A stretch of 64,000 bases of DNA from Chrysomallon squamiferum (GCA_012295275.1 CM022665.1:48174001-48238000), one strand, 5' to 3'; positions 40,310 to 55,650 are shown, numbered from the stretch's first letter. Program-made: numbers and translations. Notes: generated by a model from the sequence alone, not told the origin.

Positions 40310-41639
40310 TAATACAATGCAAACTGTGTATGTGTGAGTATATGTATGTACTGGTGAGTTCTTAATTAAACATAAACAATGAACTGTACACTGATCCAAC
40401 ATTCCTCTAAGCTTCACAGTCACCATTCTGGTACAGCAGACACCAGAATGTTACCATGGATATCAAAATGTTACCTTGGATGTTAAAATGTTTTATTTTC
40501 AAAATATGATTCTTTTTTTTTAATGTTTTTTTTTTGTTTGTTTTTGTTTTTTCACAGTACATTTCTGTTTTTGATTAAAGCATAAAATTTTCCGCTCACT
40601 GGTTTGGAAAAATTAGATGAAACATTACACCAAACTCAAGTATTTTTTTGTTTATATTTTTTTGTTGCAAAAGCCATTTCCATGATTATCTTGTTTAATA
40701 ACAATCAGATTCATCTTCATGACACTTGACACCAGTTGTAGGATTTATTATTAATGTGATATACACACTCTTCACAGAGAACAAATCTATTACGATACAA
40801 CAGCCATGAGCACTGGTCGGAAAGGGAAACAGACAGACTAAACTAACCGACAGACCATCAGACAGACAGACAGAGAGACAGACCACAACTGGTTCCACGA
40901 TCTGTGATGTTTCAACTGAATCACTGTGTAAAACAGAATCTAACAAATACATTTATTTTATTTTATTCTATTATTTATTTGTGTTTTTTTTCATGTAACC
41001 ACATATGACATGAACCTAACAAAAACCTTGCAGCTTGGTGGCTTGTTTTACTTTTGTGATAATTTTATCTTATTCCCTCTCCTCTCCGCGTGATTCTACA
41101 CAAACCTGATTACCACGCAGACGTATAAAATATTAAAGACAGTAATCAAATAGGTCGTGTATTCCCCTCACACAGGGACACTCCCAGGAGAAATGTGACA
41201 GGGTTTTACTCTAATTGTCACAGTCAGCTCTCAGAGGAAATACTTTAAATTTAGCTTTTCTCACACTGAATGCAGCAAACTGAAAATGTTTTAGCGTTTC
41301 GCTTTCATTATCACCAGGAAATATTTCTCTTCTCATTCCCGAGATTTTGTTTTTTTTCCAGCCTTACCAAAAAAAAAAAAAAAACACATTCAGAGAATAT
41401 CTTTAGTTTCTTTACCAATCCCCACTCACCCACAAACCCCTCCTTGAAGCTTTTCTTCATTTTTCTGTCAACCTCCCTCAGCCCAGTGTCCCCCCCCTAC
41501 CTGTGACTTTCCTCAATCTGTCTATAATTATCCTTTTCCTCGGGAAAGATAAATTACACTGAATTAGCAGTGAAAACATTACTTACTGGATAAAGAATGT
41601 TAGCGAGTGAAATACTGACAGGTTCACACATCAAACACT

Positions 41640-42485
41640 GATAAATCACACAGTGCAGTATACTCACTGTATGTCACATACAGTACAGTATACTCACTGT
41701 ATATCACACAGCGCAGTATACTCACTGTATATCACACACATCGCAGTATACTCATTGTATATCACACACAGCGCAGTATACTGACTGTGTATCATACACA
41801 ATATAGTATAATGATTGTGTATCACATACAGTGCAGTATACTGACTATCACACTCAATGTAATATACTAGCTGTAAATCACACACAATGTAGCATAAACA
41901 ATATAGCATACTGACTATATCATACACAATATAGCATGCTGACTATATCATACACAATATAGCATGCTGACTATATCATACACAATATAGCATACTGACT
42001 ATATCATACACAATATAGCATGCTGACTATATCATACACAATATAGCATGCTGACTATATCATACACAATATAGCATGCTGACTATATCATACACAATAT
42101 AGCATGCTGACTATATCATACACAATATAGCATACTGACTGTATATCATAAACAATTTAGTATAATGATTGTGTATAACACACAATGTAGTATACTATCA
42201 CACACATTGTAGAATACTGACTGTACATCACACAAAATATCACACACAGTATAGAATACTAATTGTATATCATATACAATATAAAATACTAACTGTATAT
42301 CACAAACAATGTAGAATACTAACTGTATCAAAATGTAGTACACTAACCGTGTATCACTAACAATGTAGAATACTGTGTATCACAATGTAGAATACTGTCT
42401 ATCACAATGTAGCACACTAACCGTGTATCACAAACAATGTAGAAGATTAACTGTGTATCACAATGTAGCACACTAACTTGTATCA
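41640..42485. repeat. ~25-28 bp minisatellite
   Basis: catacacaatatagcatgctgactatat and diverged variants. Confidence 0.85.
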
Positions 42486-44371
42486 CACGCTGTACAGTAG
42501 ATGTGTCACATGTGTGTAAGTGTATTTATAACAAGAGTAGAAATGTTTCCTGGGCCCAGTCAGTGCTGTGTTAGTTACTACGAGTCTGAAACCACTGAAC
42601 AATCAGCAGTCATTCAATATGCATCAATGGTTAGCAGAGTTCCGTGTGAGAAAATAAACGGAGATCACAGACATAATATATTTTTGATGAGTTTCACAGA
42701 ATAATGAAAGAAAATCAATAGCAAATGAAAAAAAAAATATGCCACAAATTTGTTTGAACAAAGATCAATCAAAAGAATGTGTGAAAGTAGAATTACTACC
42801 ATTATGTGTAAAAAAAAAAAAGGATTAGTACAAATGTGAAAGTAGAATTATTACAAATATGTGTAAAAATAGATTAGTACAAATGTGAAAGTAGAATTAT
42901 TACAAATATGTGTAAAAATAGATTAGTACAAATGTGAAAGTAGAATTATTACAAATATGTGTAAAAATATAATTACTACAAATGAGTGAAATTAGAATTA
43001 TTAAAAATAAGTGGAAAAATATAATAACTACACATTTGTGAAAGTTGGGCTATTACAGACATATGTAAAAAACACAGATTATTACAAATATGTGTGAAAG
43101 GAAAACTATTGCCTTTTATATGTAAAAAACCCAGATTATTACAAATATGTGTGAAAGTAGAACTATAAGAAATATATGTAAAAGCAGATAACTACCAACA
43201 TGTTTTAACTGAAAAAAAAACATGAAAAAAAAAAAATAAAAATATATTATTATTATTATACTGTGTTGAAGTGAATGTTTACAGTATGAGAAACATTAAG
43301 ATGTGTATAAAGGATGTGAATTTGGTGTTTTGTTAATCAATAAACACTGGATGGACGTGTTTTTAACGCTGATATGAATAAAAGATGCTGAGCTGAGAAC
43401 AAACTGATAAATGATGACAGAAAAAACAGAAGGAAAAACAAAATACAACACACACTGCTCTCAGAATTAAAAATTCAGTAATTAAAATAAATAAAACAAA
43501 TGAGAAAACCAGATCGTTGGGATGTTTTTACAACTGAGAAAAATGTTTGTAAATACGTAGATGTAGCAACAAAACATGCATGCAGTTGTGATAAATTTAC
43601 AGAACAAAAGTAGAATACCACAAATCATTTAGTGTGATCAATTTACAAGAACAGATAGATGTAAGGGCAAAAGAAGATTACCACAAATCATTTAGTGTGA
43701 TAAATTTACAGGAATATGCATAAGAACAAAAGCAGGTTACTACAAATTGTTCAGTGTGATAAATTAACAAGAACAGATAGATGTAAGGGCAAAAGAAGAT
43801 TACCACAAATCATTTAGTATGATAAATTTACAGGAATATGTGTAAGAACAAAAGTAGGTTACTACAAATTGTTCAGTGTGATAAATTAACAGGAAAATAA
43901 AAAAAATAAAAACAATTAATAAAAATCAATACAGCAAAAGTGTGAGCAGAATAATTATTGCTCATGATTAAAGATAATTAGTCGTTGTTTAGACATCAGT
44001 TTCGTGTTTATTTCATGTCTGTATGTGTGATATAAGTAGTAACAAGCTGGTTTTTTTTAGATTATTTGTTAAACTGAGGACTGCAGAGTTGACCAGAGTT
44101 GACAGGTAATGTGTTTTCCTTTCTGACAGATCAGTTTACAAAACTCGTTTTCAACCTTGTTCTTCTTATTTTACATCACCTGTTCATAGTCTGCAGTCTC
44201 TGCTGGTGAAAACAACAACAACAAATTTTTTTTAAAATTTCACCTTTAACATTACCATTAAGTTTATTAAAACTGAAAACAAATTATCAGCTAAGTAAGA
44301 AAAAAATAAATAGTTTTTGTGATTCTCTAGCAGTATTTCTGTTTCTGTGTTGTACATATAATGTCAGTTTG

Positions 44372-44471
<100 letters not shown>

Positions 44472-45659
44472 TGTATGTAATATTGCTGCTATCTCTACTA
44501 TATGTAATATCATTGATATGTGTGTGTCTGTTTTGTGTGTGTGTATATCTGTGATTGAATAAATGTATTTATATATATCAGTGAATGTATGTGTATACAA
44601 TAATAGATATTTATTGTAATAAATAATTATGTTTCAGATTTATTTATCAAACTCACCATAATGGGTATGTCACTCTTGAGTTTCGTGTGTGTGTGTGTGT
44701 GTGTGTGTGTGTCTGGTGAACAAAACGAAACAAGTTTTACACACATCTATCTGTATTCTGCATGTAACGTCTGAGAATGTGATAAACAAACATTTATCTC
44801 TCACACATCTGTGTATTTCATTAAAACTGAAAATAAATTTTAAACAGCTAGTTTGTAAAGGCTATTTAAACACAGCTTATTTGAGTAGCCTAAAATGAAT
44901 AGGAAATTCTCTGCAGAGACGTTAAACAAAATAAACAATACATGGATGCAGTTTTATACAGCACAGAGAAATATGCTTTAAACACACATATTATTATGAA
45001 AGAGGAAACCTTCAGTCAGTGTGAGGTATTGCTATCAGTGAGAGTTGTTTTGTGTGTGTGCACTCACTCACCGTCAAAGTATGTCCCAGTCTTTTTATAA
45101 GATTTCACAGTCATTGCATCATTTTCACATCCAGAAAACACAAGGTACACATTTCAGTGTTTGTGTTTTGTACTGGGGTGGGGTACTGGGGTGGGGTACT
45201 AGAGTGGGGTGTGGTTAGGGTGTAGTTAGGGTGTAATCTAACATAAGTCACATCACAGAATCATGTACTGATCATACACAATTCCACCCATTTGGGATAT
45301 ATGACAGATGCATCAAAACTTGTCTTCTGTATATGAGAAGGTGTAAATTAATTATTTATTTCTGCTAACTGATGTGAACAGTCAGTGAAATGTTGGCAGT
45401 GAATTATTTATTGTTATTAGAGCTTGTGAAAATACTGTGTTATTCAGTGAAAGCTAAGACAGGCTGCTGTTAAACACTGTTTTCCTTGGGTGTGGAATTT
45501 GTGAAAGCTGAGAAGTGAGGAAAAAGAAAAAAGGAGAGAAAAACAATGCTACAAGTGAGAGGACGTTGACCTCTGAGCTACACACACAGCAAATCTGTGA
45601 AAATCATCAGCAAACTGACATTTCAAACAAAAACAGCAATATATCACAGTGTGTTGAAA

Positions 45660-46535
45660 TATCACCACTTGTTGTAATATCACTGATATCTCTGCTATAT
45701 GTAATATTACTGATATCTCTGCTATATGTAATATTACTGATATCTACTATATGTAAAATTACTGATATCTGCTATATGTAATATTACTGATATCTACTAT
45801 ATGTAAAATTACTGATATCTGCTATATGTAATATTACTGATATCTACTATATGTAAAATTACTGATATCTACTATATGTAAAATTACTGATATCTACTAT
45901 ATGTAATATTACTGATATCTGCTAGTATAATATCACTATCTGCTGGTATAATACCACTGATATCTGCTATATAAATATTACTGATATCTGCTAGTATAAT
46001 ATCAATGATATCACTGATATCTGCTGGTATGACATGTACTATAATTATGTAATATCACTGACATCTCCTATACATAATATCACTGACATCTGCTGGTATA
46101 ATATCATTGATATCTGCTATATATAATATTACTGATATCTACTATATGTAATATCACTGATATCTGCTGGTATGACTTGTACTATAATTATGTAATATCA
46201 CTGATATCTGCTGGTATAACATGTACTATAATTATGTAATATCACTGATATCTGCTGGTATAACATGCTATAATTATGTAATATCACTGATATCTGCTGG
46301 TATGACATGTACTATAATTATGTAATATCACTGATATCTGCTATAATTATGTAATATCACTGATATCTGCTGGTATAACATGTACTATAATTATGTAATA
46401 TCACTGATATCTGCTGGTATAACATGTACTATAATTATGTAATATCTCTGATATCTGCTGGTATAACATGTACTATAATTATGTAATATCACTGATATCT
46501 GCTGGTATAACATGTACTGTAATTATGTAATATCA
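45660..46535. repeat. ~23 bp and ~43 bp related minisatellites
   Basis: actgatatctgctatatgtaatatt grading into tcactgatatctgctggtataacatgtactataattatgtaata. Confidence 0.9.
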
Positions 46536-46811
46536 AAGAGATCTGTCTGTTGAAGTACTGCTGATGTGTTCAGATCGTAATGTCTTTCAGTAATTGTGTG
46601 TTTATAGCTTTCTGCAGTTGTGTGTAGCCAGGCATGCAGTATAGCACTCTCAGATTAACTCAATAAAAAAGTCAGTGTAAATACTCACTGAGCTGCTCAA
46701 TCTACATTAGTCCCAGATCTTCTCACTCACCAGTGTTTACACAGCAAACACAAACATAATACAAGAGAGAGAGTGTGCATATCTTTTTGTATGTTAGTGC
46801 ATGTGTGTATA

Positions 46812-46861
<50 letters not shown>

Positions 46862-47014
46862 CATGTTTCTGTATGAAAACTGCAAACTGAAATATGTGAA
46901 CAGGAGAATGTCTGGTTAAATATTAAATTATTTACACTTGCTGTGTTGGTCAGATAAAACTTTTCTACAAAACAGTGCAAACTGTTTGTATTACTCATCT
47001 CCACTTTTAATAAC

Positions 47015-47300
47015 AGATAGCACCAAATACCAGATAGTACCACATACCAGATAGTACCAAATACTAGATAGTACCATATACCAGATAGTACCAAATACAA
47101 GAGAGTACCATATACCAGATAGTACCAAATACTAGAGAGTACCATATACCAGATAGTACCAAATACTAGATAGTACCATATACCAGATAGTACCAAATAC
47201 CAGATACTAGATAGTACCATATGCCGAATAATACCAAATACCAGATAGTACCATATACAGAATAATACCAAATACTAGATAGTACCATATACCAGATAAT
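47015..47300. repeat. 17 bp minisatellite
   Basis: ataccagatagtacca(a/t). Confidence 0.9.
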
Positions 47301-50300
47301 CAAAAATGAAGATATTTTAAAAACAATGATTCTCATCAAACTGTTTCAGTATAATAATAATAAGACACTCTCTGACATGTGACAACAGTAGGACAACACA
47401 CACCACACACTGTTTGACCTGACTGCACTGAAACAGGAGCTGACTGTGTGTTGTGAGCAATGCTTTCTGTACAGCAGCTGTCTGGAATCCATTTCTGCCC
47501 TTTTCACACAAATCACCCACAGACGTTTTAAACAAATTGTAGTCTTTGTACAAGTGTTAGCGGGCTAAGTTAGAAAACTTGAAAAACACACAGAGAAGAT
47601 GTCTGTCACACTGAAATTTAATTACTCTGCTGATTCAAAGTGTGTAAAAACACAACAGTGAAATCAGCCCTACGCTGGATTTGAACCTGTCTTCTGTAAC
47701 ATTTCAAACTAAACTATTTAAACCCATCAAACCCACTCTTGAAAAACCCAATCCTTACCAAAATTTACTGGAATATTTAATATTATATAACAAATTATGT
47801 TATACACACACACACCACATATATAATATATATAAACAAAAATATATTTATCTATCTATCTATAATTAAATTATATATTATATTATATTATGTTATATTA
47901 TATTATATTATATTATATTAATATACTAGGTAACAATACGAGTTACGTTATTATCAAAACGTGAATGTAACACACAATACAACTGTAATGAAGATGTAAG
48001 TAGGTTAGACGTTTGTAACACCTGACTGAACATTACGTTATTATTCAAATCAGCTTTGTGATCCCACTGAGCAAAATCACTGACCATAAATTTTACAATA
48101 AAAAAGACATTCAACTGTGACACTGTGTCTAAAATGAAAACCTTGCAAATAACAAGCCAATGACTGCTACGCTTTTTAAACACATTTTCATAATTCAAGT
48201 GTTGGAAATAGTTGGGTTTTTTTTTTTTAATGTCGCCATGGAGACATGAAATAATCAGCTTCTTTGAACTGAGAGCACAAACACCAATAGTGTGGGGGGG
48301 TTTGAACTTTCAGCACTGACCTCTTGATCGTGGAAAATTGGCTAACACAAACAGAGGTGGTCATTTTTGTACAACACACACACACACACACAATTTTGGT
48401 TTTTTTTGGTTTGTCAGTTAAATATATCAAGTTTATTTAGAAATTAAAATAGCATGATATCAATGAACTAACAAAACCTCACATCTTCAGTTTTTACGTT
48501 TAAATAATAAAAAAAATTAAATCTTTTCTCTTACAATTGTATTTTTACAGAGATGAATAAACAGATTTCTGACAAGTTGATTCAGTGTTTACAAATGGCT
48601 GTTAAGAAAATAATTTCAAACATAAATTTTTTAACACCACAAACTTACAGATTTCCCATTCTCTTGAAACATAAACCTGAACAAACTACATCACAACATT
48701 GAAAACATTAATAAACTATGTAGCATTCATCTCTACAGGCAGGAAGACATATTCACATTAAAAAAAAAAAAAAAAAAATATAGGTTACAGAAAGCCTGAG
48801 GAAATAAAAATAAAATAAAATAACAACCCAGAAATACAGAAATAGTGTGGAAATGTTTTGAGGGTTTTTTGAAATGAGAAGGAGGCTGACATTGGCTTTC
48901 TGCCAGTCAAGTCTAACAATACTTGACATGTTCTTCTTGATAACAAACATGTCCTCTGTGTGCTTGATTCTCACAGTTCATTCACCCACTAACACCAAAC
49001 TCTCTTACACAACTACACTATATCACTATCATATCACCATCATATTACTATTACATAACTACACACCACTATATGACTGTCATATCACTATTACATAACT
49101 ACACACCACTATATCACTATCATATAATACTGTTATACCACTATCATATAATACCACTATCATACCAGCACTTTATCACTATCATATAATACCACTATCA
49201 TACCAGCACTATAATCACAATTACACCACTATCATATAATACTGTTATACCACTGTTATACCCTAACACACCACTGTAACAGTCTATCCACCATTAAAGC
49301 ACTATTGTACCACCACCCTCTATTACGATTGTTGTACAACTATTGTACAACTATTGTACAACTATTGTACGACTGTTGTACGACTATTGTACGACTGTTG
49401 TACGACTATTGTACAACTATTGTACGAGTATTTCCTGATCTGCCCTGCAGCTGAAGAGTGTGAGCTGACAGGAACTGACAGAGACTCACACTCACAGGCA
49501 ATGATCACTCACAGGATCACTTCCCCACTCTCAGAAAGGGGGAGGTGTTCTAAGACTGGAGGGTGTCACATGATTATAGCAAGAGAAGCTGACAGAAAAG
49601 CGAGAAACATTTCTGAGTGCACTCAGTTCTTCAGTGCTGAGTCCTGTGTGTTACCAGAACAGTGATAAAACAAAACTCAGTTCTTCAGCACTGAGTCCTG
49701 TGTGTTACCAGAACAGTGATAAAACAAAAGTGATATAATTACTTCCAGTCAGCAGCAAAACAAGCTGTAAAGGTTACTGCAAAAATGTTCTTAAATGGAT
49801 GACATTATTTCCATTAAAAAACAAATAATTATTTCTAGGTTAATATATAAATATAGTACAAGTTTTTTTTTTTTATGTTTATGTTTAAATAACTACAAAG
49901 TGTAATTGTGTCCACATTGTTATATATATATATATATAATTATTTCTAGGTTGTTATATAAACATAAATATTTATTTCACTGTTGTTATATAAATAAATA
50001 CAGTTTTATCTATTTCTAGGTTGCTATATAAATTAGTTACTTCTAGATTGCTATATAAATTAGTTATTTCTAGATTGTTATATAAATATAGTTATTTCTA
50101 GGTTGCTATATAAATTAGTTATTTCTAGGTTGTTATATAAATATAGTTATTTCTAGGTTGCTATATAAATTAGTTATTTGTTGGTTGCTGTATAAATATA
50201 GTTATTTCCTGGTTGTTATATAAATAAATATATTTATTTCTAGGTTGTTATATAAATAAATGTAGATATTTTGTTATATGAATAAGTTAACATTACTAGA

Positions 50301-50599
50301 AAAAAGAAAAAATCAATGAGGAAATGTTTACGTGTGTGAATAGCAATAAAAACTCATAGGTTAATGAAATATTAATATCACCGTAAATGTACTGTGCACT
50401 TATTAATAATACACCTACTGAACATACAGTATATAATACCACATATGTATATGTATATAATAACACACTGAACATTAAGTATATCAGTGATATACAGAAT
50501 AATATACATACTGAATATATAGCTGTATTACACGTGACACAGCAGATATATTATAAATAATAACAGAGAATAATACACATACTGAATACACAATACATT

Positions 50600-51310
50600 A
50601 CAAATAATACACACACTTGAATACACACGTAACACTAAGTACATGCGGCTTGGCGCGCGATGCAGTGAAATCTGAACACCATTAACAAAACGGACTGTGT
50701 AAACACTGCAACACAACAGAAAACTGGACCACGCTACTAAGTGCATGTACACACAATGCACCCACTCATAAAACAACAACAGTTCAAAAACTAACGTAGT
50801 TTTAAACACCTCCACTGAAAACAGAAAAAAAAAAAAAAAAAAAGAAAAGAATTTAAAAAATGTAAACAGTCGATTGATATTTCTTTTCTTATATGTATTA
50901 TTGTTACTCGCCTGTGTTGCATATTTTAAATGTAACACAGCATTAATCGTAATTAGTCGCTTGCTAACCGCGCGTGCAAAATAAAAACTCACCGTGTGAA
51001 GCCGAGAGAACGTCAGTGTTTACACCCGCTGTACTCGCTGGACTCCGTAAACAGAAGACTGACTGCACTTCCCTCCCAGTCAGATGTAGGTCACTTAAAG
51101 ACAACAGCCGGGTACACGCACTGATATCTTCTCTCCGATGCCACTAGCGTAAAGGTCAGAGGTCACCAGTTGGAGAGCGACTCGCTGTGTGAATGATGCG
51201 GTGACATCATTTAGGATGCCGTTGAGGAGACAACCCATTTATTCTGCCAGCAGGGGGGGGTCGGTCGACAATTACAGCTGTCACAGTGCGCGGGAAATTC
51301 CTTCGTTCAC
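50600..51310 (-). promoter_or_regulatory. CpG-rich promoter region of the EAAT gene with a perfect DR1 nuclear-receptor element
   Basis: Abundant CpG (ggcgcgcg, ccgcgcg, tgcgcggg) against a CpG-poor background; AGGTCA-G-AGGTCA at 51153-51165; CRE-like TGACATCA near 51203. Confidence 0.55.
50993..51060 (-). other. Putative non-coding first exon of the EAAT gene
   Basis: Initiator-like TCAGTC (rc of 51057-51062) and donor CACG|GTGAGT at 50993/50992, inside the main CpG-rich non-TE non-coding patch of the window. Confidence 0.5.
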
Positions 51311-51315
51311 ATGTA

Positions 51316-53185
51316 GGGTAGAGCTGGGGCCTTAAGGAAAATATTTTTTATTTCATGCTACATTTAGCAAGTTTTGAGCAATAAATATAATTTATGCACT
51401 GAGGAATCGAATATGTATATTTGCAATATTAAAACAGCATAACAACACATTTACATTTATTAAAGAATATCTTGTAATGGGTCTTTTACCCCATGTTCAG
51501 TTTTAATGAGTCAACTGTCATCTACTCAGTGATAAATTAAAACAAGTTATTGCAAACTACTTTTTCATTTGAAAACTATCGAGTTAGAGATGTAGCAACA
51601 GAAACAAGACAACTTGAAATAACAATGAACCAGAGAAGTTAAACACGTCTACATAAGGCCACAGTCTTCTTAGTTACTCGTCTTCATTGTCATCAAGGTG
51701 ACAGTTTTGTCAAATGTAACTAAGTTGTTTTCTTGTAGATGTTTCGTGGGCCCAGAGTTGATAAGTTAGACACTGGACTCACTTTTCTCTGGATTTGCTG
51801 TCTAAACCTGCCACGCTTTCTTATCAGAGCGTTGGTCTTCAACAGAAAATGTGATCTGTTTACTTTTGTTTTCATTCTTTCCCTTTTCTTTCACACTTTC
51901 CTTTTCTTCTAAATTTTGTTTATATGGTGAAGATGTTAAATTTTCCGCGATTTCTGTTTTACGTTTTCTCGTTCGTTCTACTGCCTTGACGAGCTGGCAT
52001 AGCTCAGCCGCAGTATCAGCAGATGAGGATACACCTCAGTATCAGCAGATGAGGATACACCCGAAGTATCAGCTCAGTATCAGCTCAGTATCAGCAGATG
52101 AGGATACACCCGCAGTATCAGCAGATGCTGATGTTTGCGTGTCTCGATGTGGATTTGAATCTATTCATTTTTTGTTTTGTTTTTTGTCGTGGCTGTGGTT
52201 TTGGCTCATCGGTTAACCGTGCACCTAAGAAAGATGCCGTCGTTAAAAGGCCAAAATCCACAAGCCTTGAAATCACTGACTGATTTCTCAACTGTAGCAG
52301 TTTTGTTGTAAGCAAGAATAAACATTTTGGCTACTTCATAACATGTGATACTTTATCCTTGGTCTGCAACCATCCAGGGGTCTGCTTTAAAAAAAAGGTT
52401 TTGTCCAATGGCTGCATCTTATGCGTACAATGTGACGTAGAGCTACCAGTTCTATGACGTTTGAACGAGCGTACACCACAGCTTCCAGGGTTTTGTGTCT
52501 ATTCTGACCATCTGAGATGATCACATACTTTTCTACTTTCTTTGGTTCTGCAACAGAAGTGAAGTGTTTTAACCATTTTACAAAACTTTGATCATCAGTC
52601 CAGCTATTGTCAGTGCAGTGACCAACAGATCCAGCGCGTGCATTATTCACGAGGGCATCGATGTACGCCTTCTCTGAAAAAGGAAAATCGGCGGAATGTA
52701 ATTACCTGCAGCATTTGATGCGCAGATAACTGTGAGGGTTTTTTCCCCTCTCACCAGGTGTCACTTTACAACTTCACGGCGCCCTCGTCAACGATCATCT
52801 TCACCACAAGATTATGGGGGCCTCTTAACCTGGCAGGAAGCCATTTTGAATTCGTTTCGTAAACATGAGTCATTCCAGCACGAATATAACCAGTTCTAAA
52901 TATAACCTTATAGATCCCTTCATAACTTCCCAACAGTTTAACAATATATAACCATTCTTTAACCTAAAACATGAATACTAATATTCTAAAATATTATACG
53001 AATTTGTCAAAATTACGAAATTTCATGAAATACTTACATGTCTTCCAGGTAAAGCTTCGAGGAATAGAATGGCTATACGTATGACGTCAGTCGAATCTTA
53101 TGACGTACATTCTTGGTTTCAGTCCATATGCACACTTTGCGACAAAGCCGTTTACCCCAAGAGGGCCTTTTACCCAACTCTACAC
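51316..53185 (-). mobile_element. Degenerate pogo/Tc1-mariner superfamily DNA transposon (DDE_1-type transposase, internally deleted)
   Basis: TA|GGGTAGAGCTGGGG at the left end and CCCAACTCTACAC|TA at the right end form imperfect TIRs with TA TSD. Minus-strand remnants: TVICASNAAGNYIPPIF, WTDDQSFVKWLKHF, IISDGQNRHKTLEAV, a frameshifted HxxQPLD-like motif, a Lys-rich tract and a C-terminal Cys/His finger remnant (VQCL..QLWAHE...QNC). Confidence 0.85.
51690..52760 (-). pseudogene. Fragmented pogo-like DDE transposase
   Basis: ORF 52387-52650 plus flanking frameshifted and stop-containing segments carrying DDE_1 motifs. Confidence 0.8.
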
Positions 53186-54744
53186 TAGTCATTAACCCAG
53201 AAATTCGATACGTTTTACAGTCTTCACTTTAATATTGTTAAATTACTGCATGCTGCGCTTCTACATCAATAATGTAAATAATATTACAGATACACGCTTT
53301 AGTATTTATATTTTATTATTATTATCATTATTATTTTTATTTTATTTTAATTTTTTCTTCTTCTTTTTGACAGTCTAATAGAGTGCTTACTGGTAAAACT
53401 AATAGAGCGAATAATGTGTAATACTGAAATTACTGTATACAGGAGTATTACACGGTGCAGATATTTCACAGTGCACTTATTTCACTCGTATTAACAGAAT
53501 TCTACACAATACCGTACTGCTCTCACTTCACACTGTTTACACTGTTTTATAACATTCTGTACTGTGTACAAGTTATTCAACAGTGATGTTATTAGTATTC
53601 TACTGCATTCTGTACACTGTGTTTTATAGTATTTTTTATTATTATTAAAAGATTTTATTAAAATGAAAAAAAAAAACCCAGTGTTTTATAGTATTGGGGG
53701 GTTTTTTTTGGGGGGGAGTGGTATTAAAGGTTATTATTAGTCGAACTATTAGAATGATTAAGTTTCAGTTTTCCTGCGCGAGTTTTTGACTGTTCCAATC
53801 AGGGTACAGATTTTTAATAAAACACTGTGGTATGTGCTGTTCTGTATGTAAAAATGTTTTTTCTCTTTGTTTCAGTTTATCACATTTCACATCTAGTAAC
53901 TGTTTAAATACACAACTAAATATTTAGTCATTCTGAATCATCATGTACTTTGTTTGCTTAGTAGGTTAATTTAAATTTTAAAAAAATAATAATAATAACG
54001 AACATAATAAATAATAATAATAAATAAATAAAATAATAAAAAATAAATAAATAAATAAAATTACGAATAACTGAAAGCTGTGAGAAAGTAAAAACACAAG
54101 ACATAATTTAATACCGTTTATTGTCAGGGTTAAAACTGTAAACAAATATTTGTCAACAGATAATGGAAATGGTGGTCATGTGACTGCCATGGCAACACAG
54201 AGAAAATGATAAATGTAAGTTATAAAAGATTTCACAAAACTCTCTCCGACTTTTACAGTTGAGCAAAGTAATCTCCTTGATCCCATGTGATATAAAAATA
54301 CCATCAACACATCACATTTCTTTTTCATAGCATCAACAGTCCACATCTTTCATCAATATGTGTCATATAGAACTAACACAAGTCTGTATAGCATCAATAT
54401 TTCTTTTCTATGTTGCATCAACCACATTTCAATGTAGCATCAATACATTTCAGTGTAGCATCAACATATTTGTCTACATAGCATCAACATATTTCTTTTC
54501 TACATAACACAAACATTTGTTTTCTGAATAGCATCAACATTTCATTGTAGCATCAACACACTTCAATGTATCATCAACATACTTTAGCGTGGCATCAAAT
54601 ACATTTCTTTTCTTTATAGCATCAACACAGCACTTAACTTTTCTTTTACCAAGATATAACATGAACTTCACAAAACTTTTCTTTTTCTTTTTTAACACAA
54701 GAGTTCATACCACTACCTCTGTCTGCTTCTAATTCACTTAAACA

Positions 54745-54786
<42 letters not shown>

Positions 54787-55159
54787 GCAACAACAACAAC
54801 ACTAACCTAGCAACTGAAGTGGTGATTCTCTTACAAGACGTAACAACTACATAACTCTCAAGTTACAGCATCAGTTACATTAATAAGAACATTCAGTACC
54901 AGCTGCCAAAGGTGATAACAATACCTCACCATATCCTCCATTTTTAATCTCTCTTTTTACTACCTATTTATTAAGTACTGGTAATTAAAATAATATATAT
55001 ATTTGTTTTAAATTGTAGACCTATAACATTTATTTTTATTTGAAAAAAAATAAAATTCAAATAATAATAATAAAAAATTTTAAATTAAATATTTACTTTA
55101 AAATTTTAATTTACCTGGGTTTTGTTTAGCTTCCTGTATGTACATATGTGAATATTTAA

Positions 55160-55650
55160 ATAAAATTACGAATGACTGAAGAAAAATAATTTTGTATGTT
55201 GAAATCATTATGAATGTTGCAAGTGGAGGAAATTACAAAAGAAGAATAAAGTTTGTGTGTTGAAAATGCTACGAATGCTGCTAGTGGAGGTTAAAACACT
55301 ACAGATGTTCGCAGTGGAGGAAATTACACATGACAAAAGTGGAAGTAGTTTTATTTTGAAAAATACTACGAATATTGCTAGTGGAGGAAATTACTTAAGA
55401 AAAATATTTTGCATGTTGAAAACACTACGAATGTCGAGAGCGGAGGAACTGAAAAATAACAAAATAAAAATAAATTTTCTATGTTGGTAACACTACGAAT
55501 GTTGATAGTATGGGAAATTATAAATGACAACAGAAAAATCACTTTTGTCTCTTGAAAACGCCATGAATGTTTCTAGTGGAGGAAATTACAAATAACAAAA
55601 GAAAAAAAATTGTATATGGAGAACACTATGAATATTCCTAGCGGAGGAGG
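55160..55650. repeat. ~60 bp degenerate tandem repeat, possibly TE-subterminal
   Basis: aacactacgaatgttgctagtggaggaaattacaaa recurring about every 60 bp. Confidence 0.7.

Noticed and set aside
39531-40426. Three overlapping 250-270 aa Cys/Val-rich ORFs
   Set aside because: Translations of a (CA)n-TAGA compound microsatellite; open in all frames with no protein-like complexity.
40423-40450. Hairpin CATTCTGGT-9nt-ACCAGAATG
   Set aside because: A 9 bp stem is too short for a pre-miRNA and is expected by chance in 64 kb.
49618-49730. ~54 bp direct duplication containing a small hairpin
   Set aside because: Simple two-copy tandem duplication with no other supporting feature.
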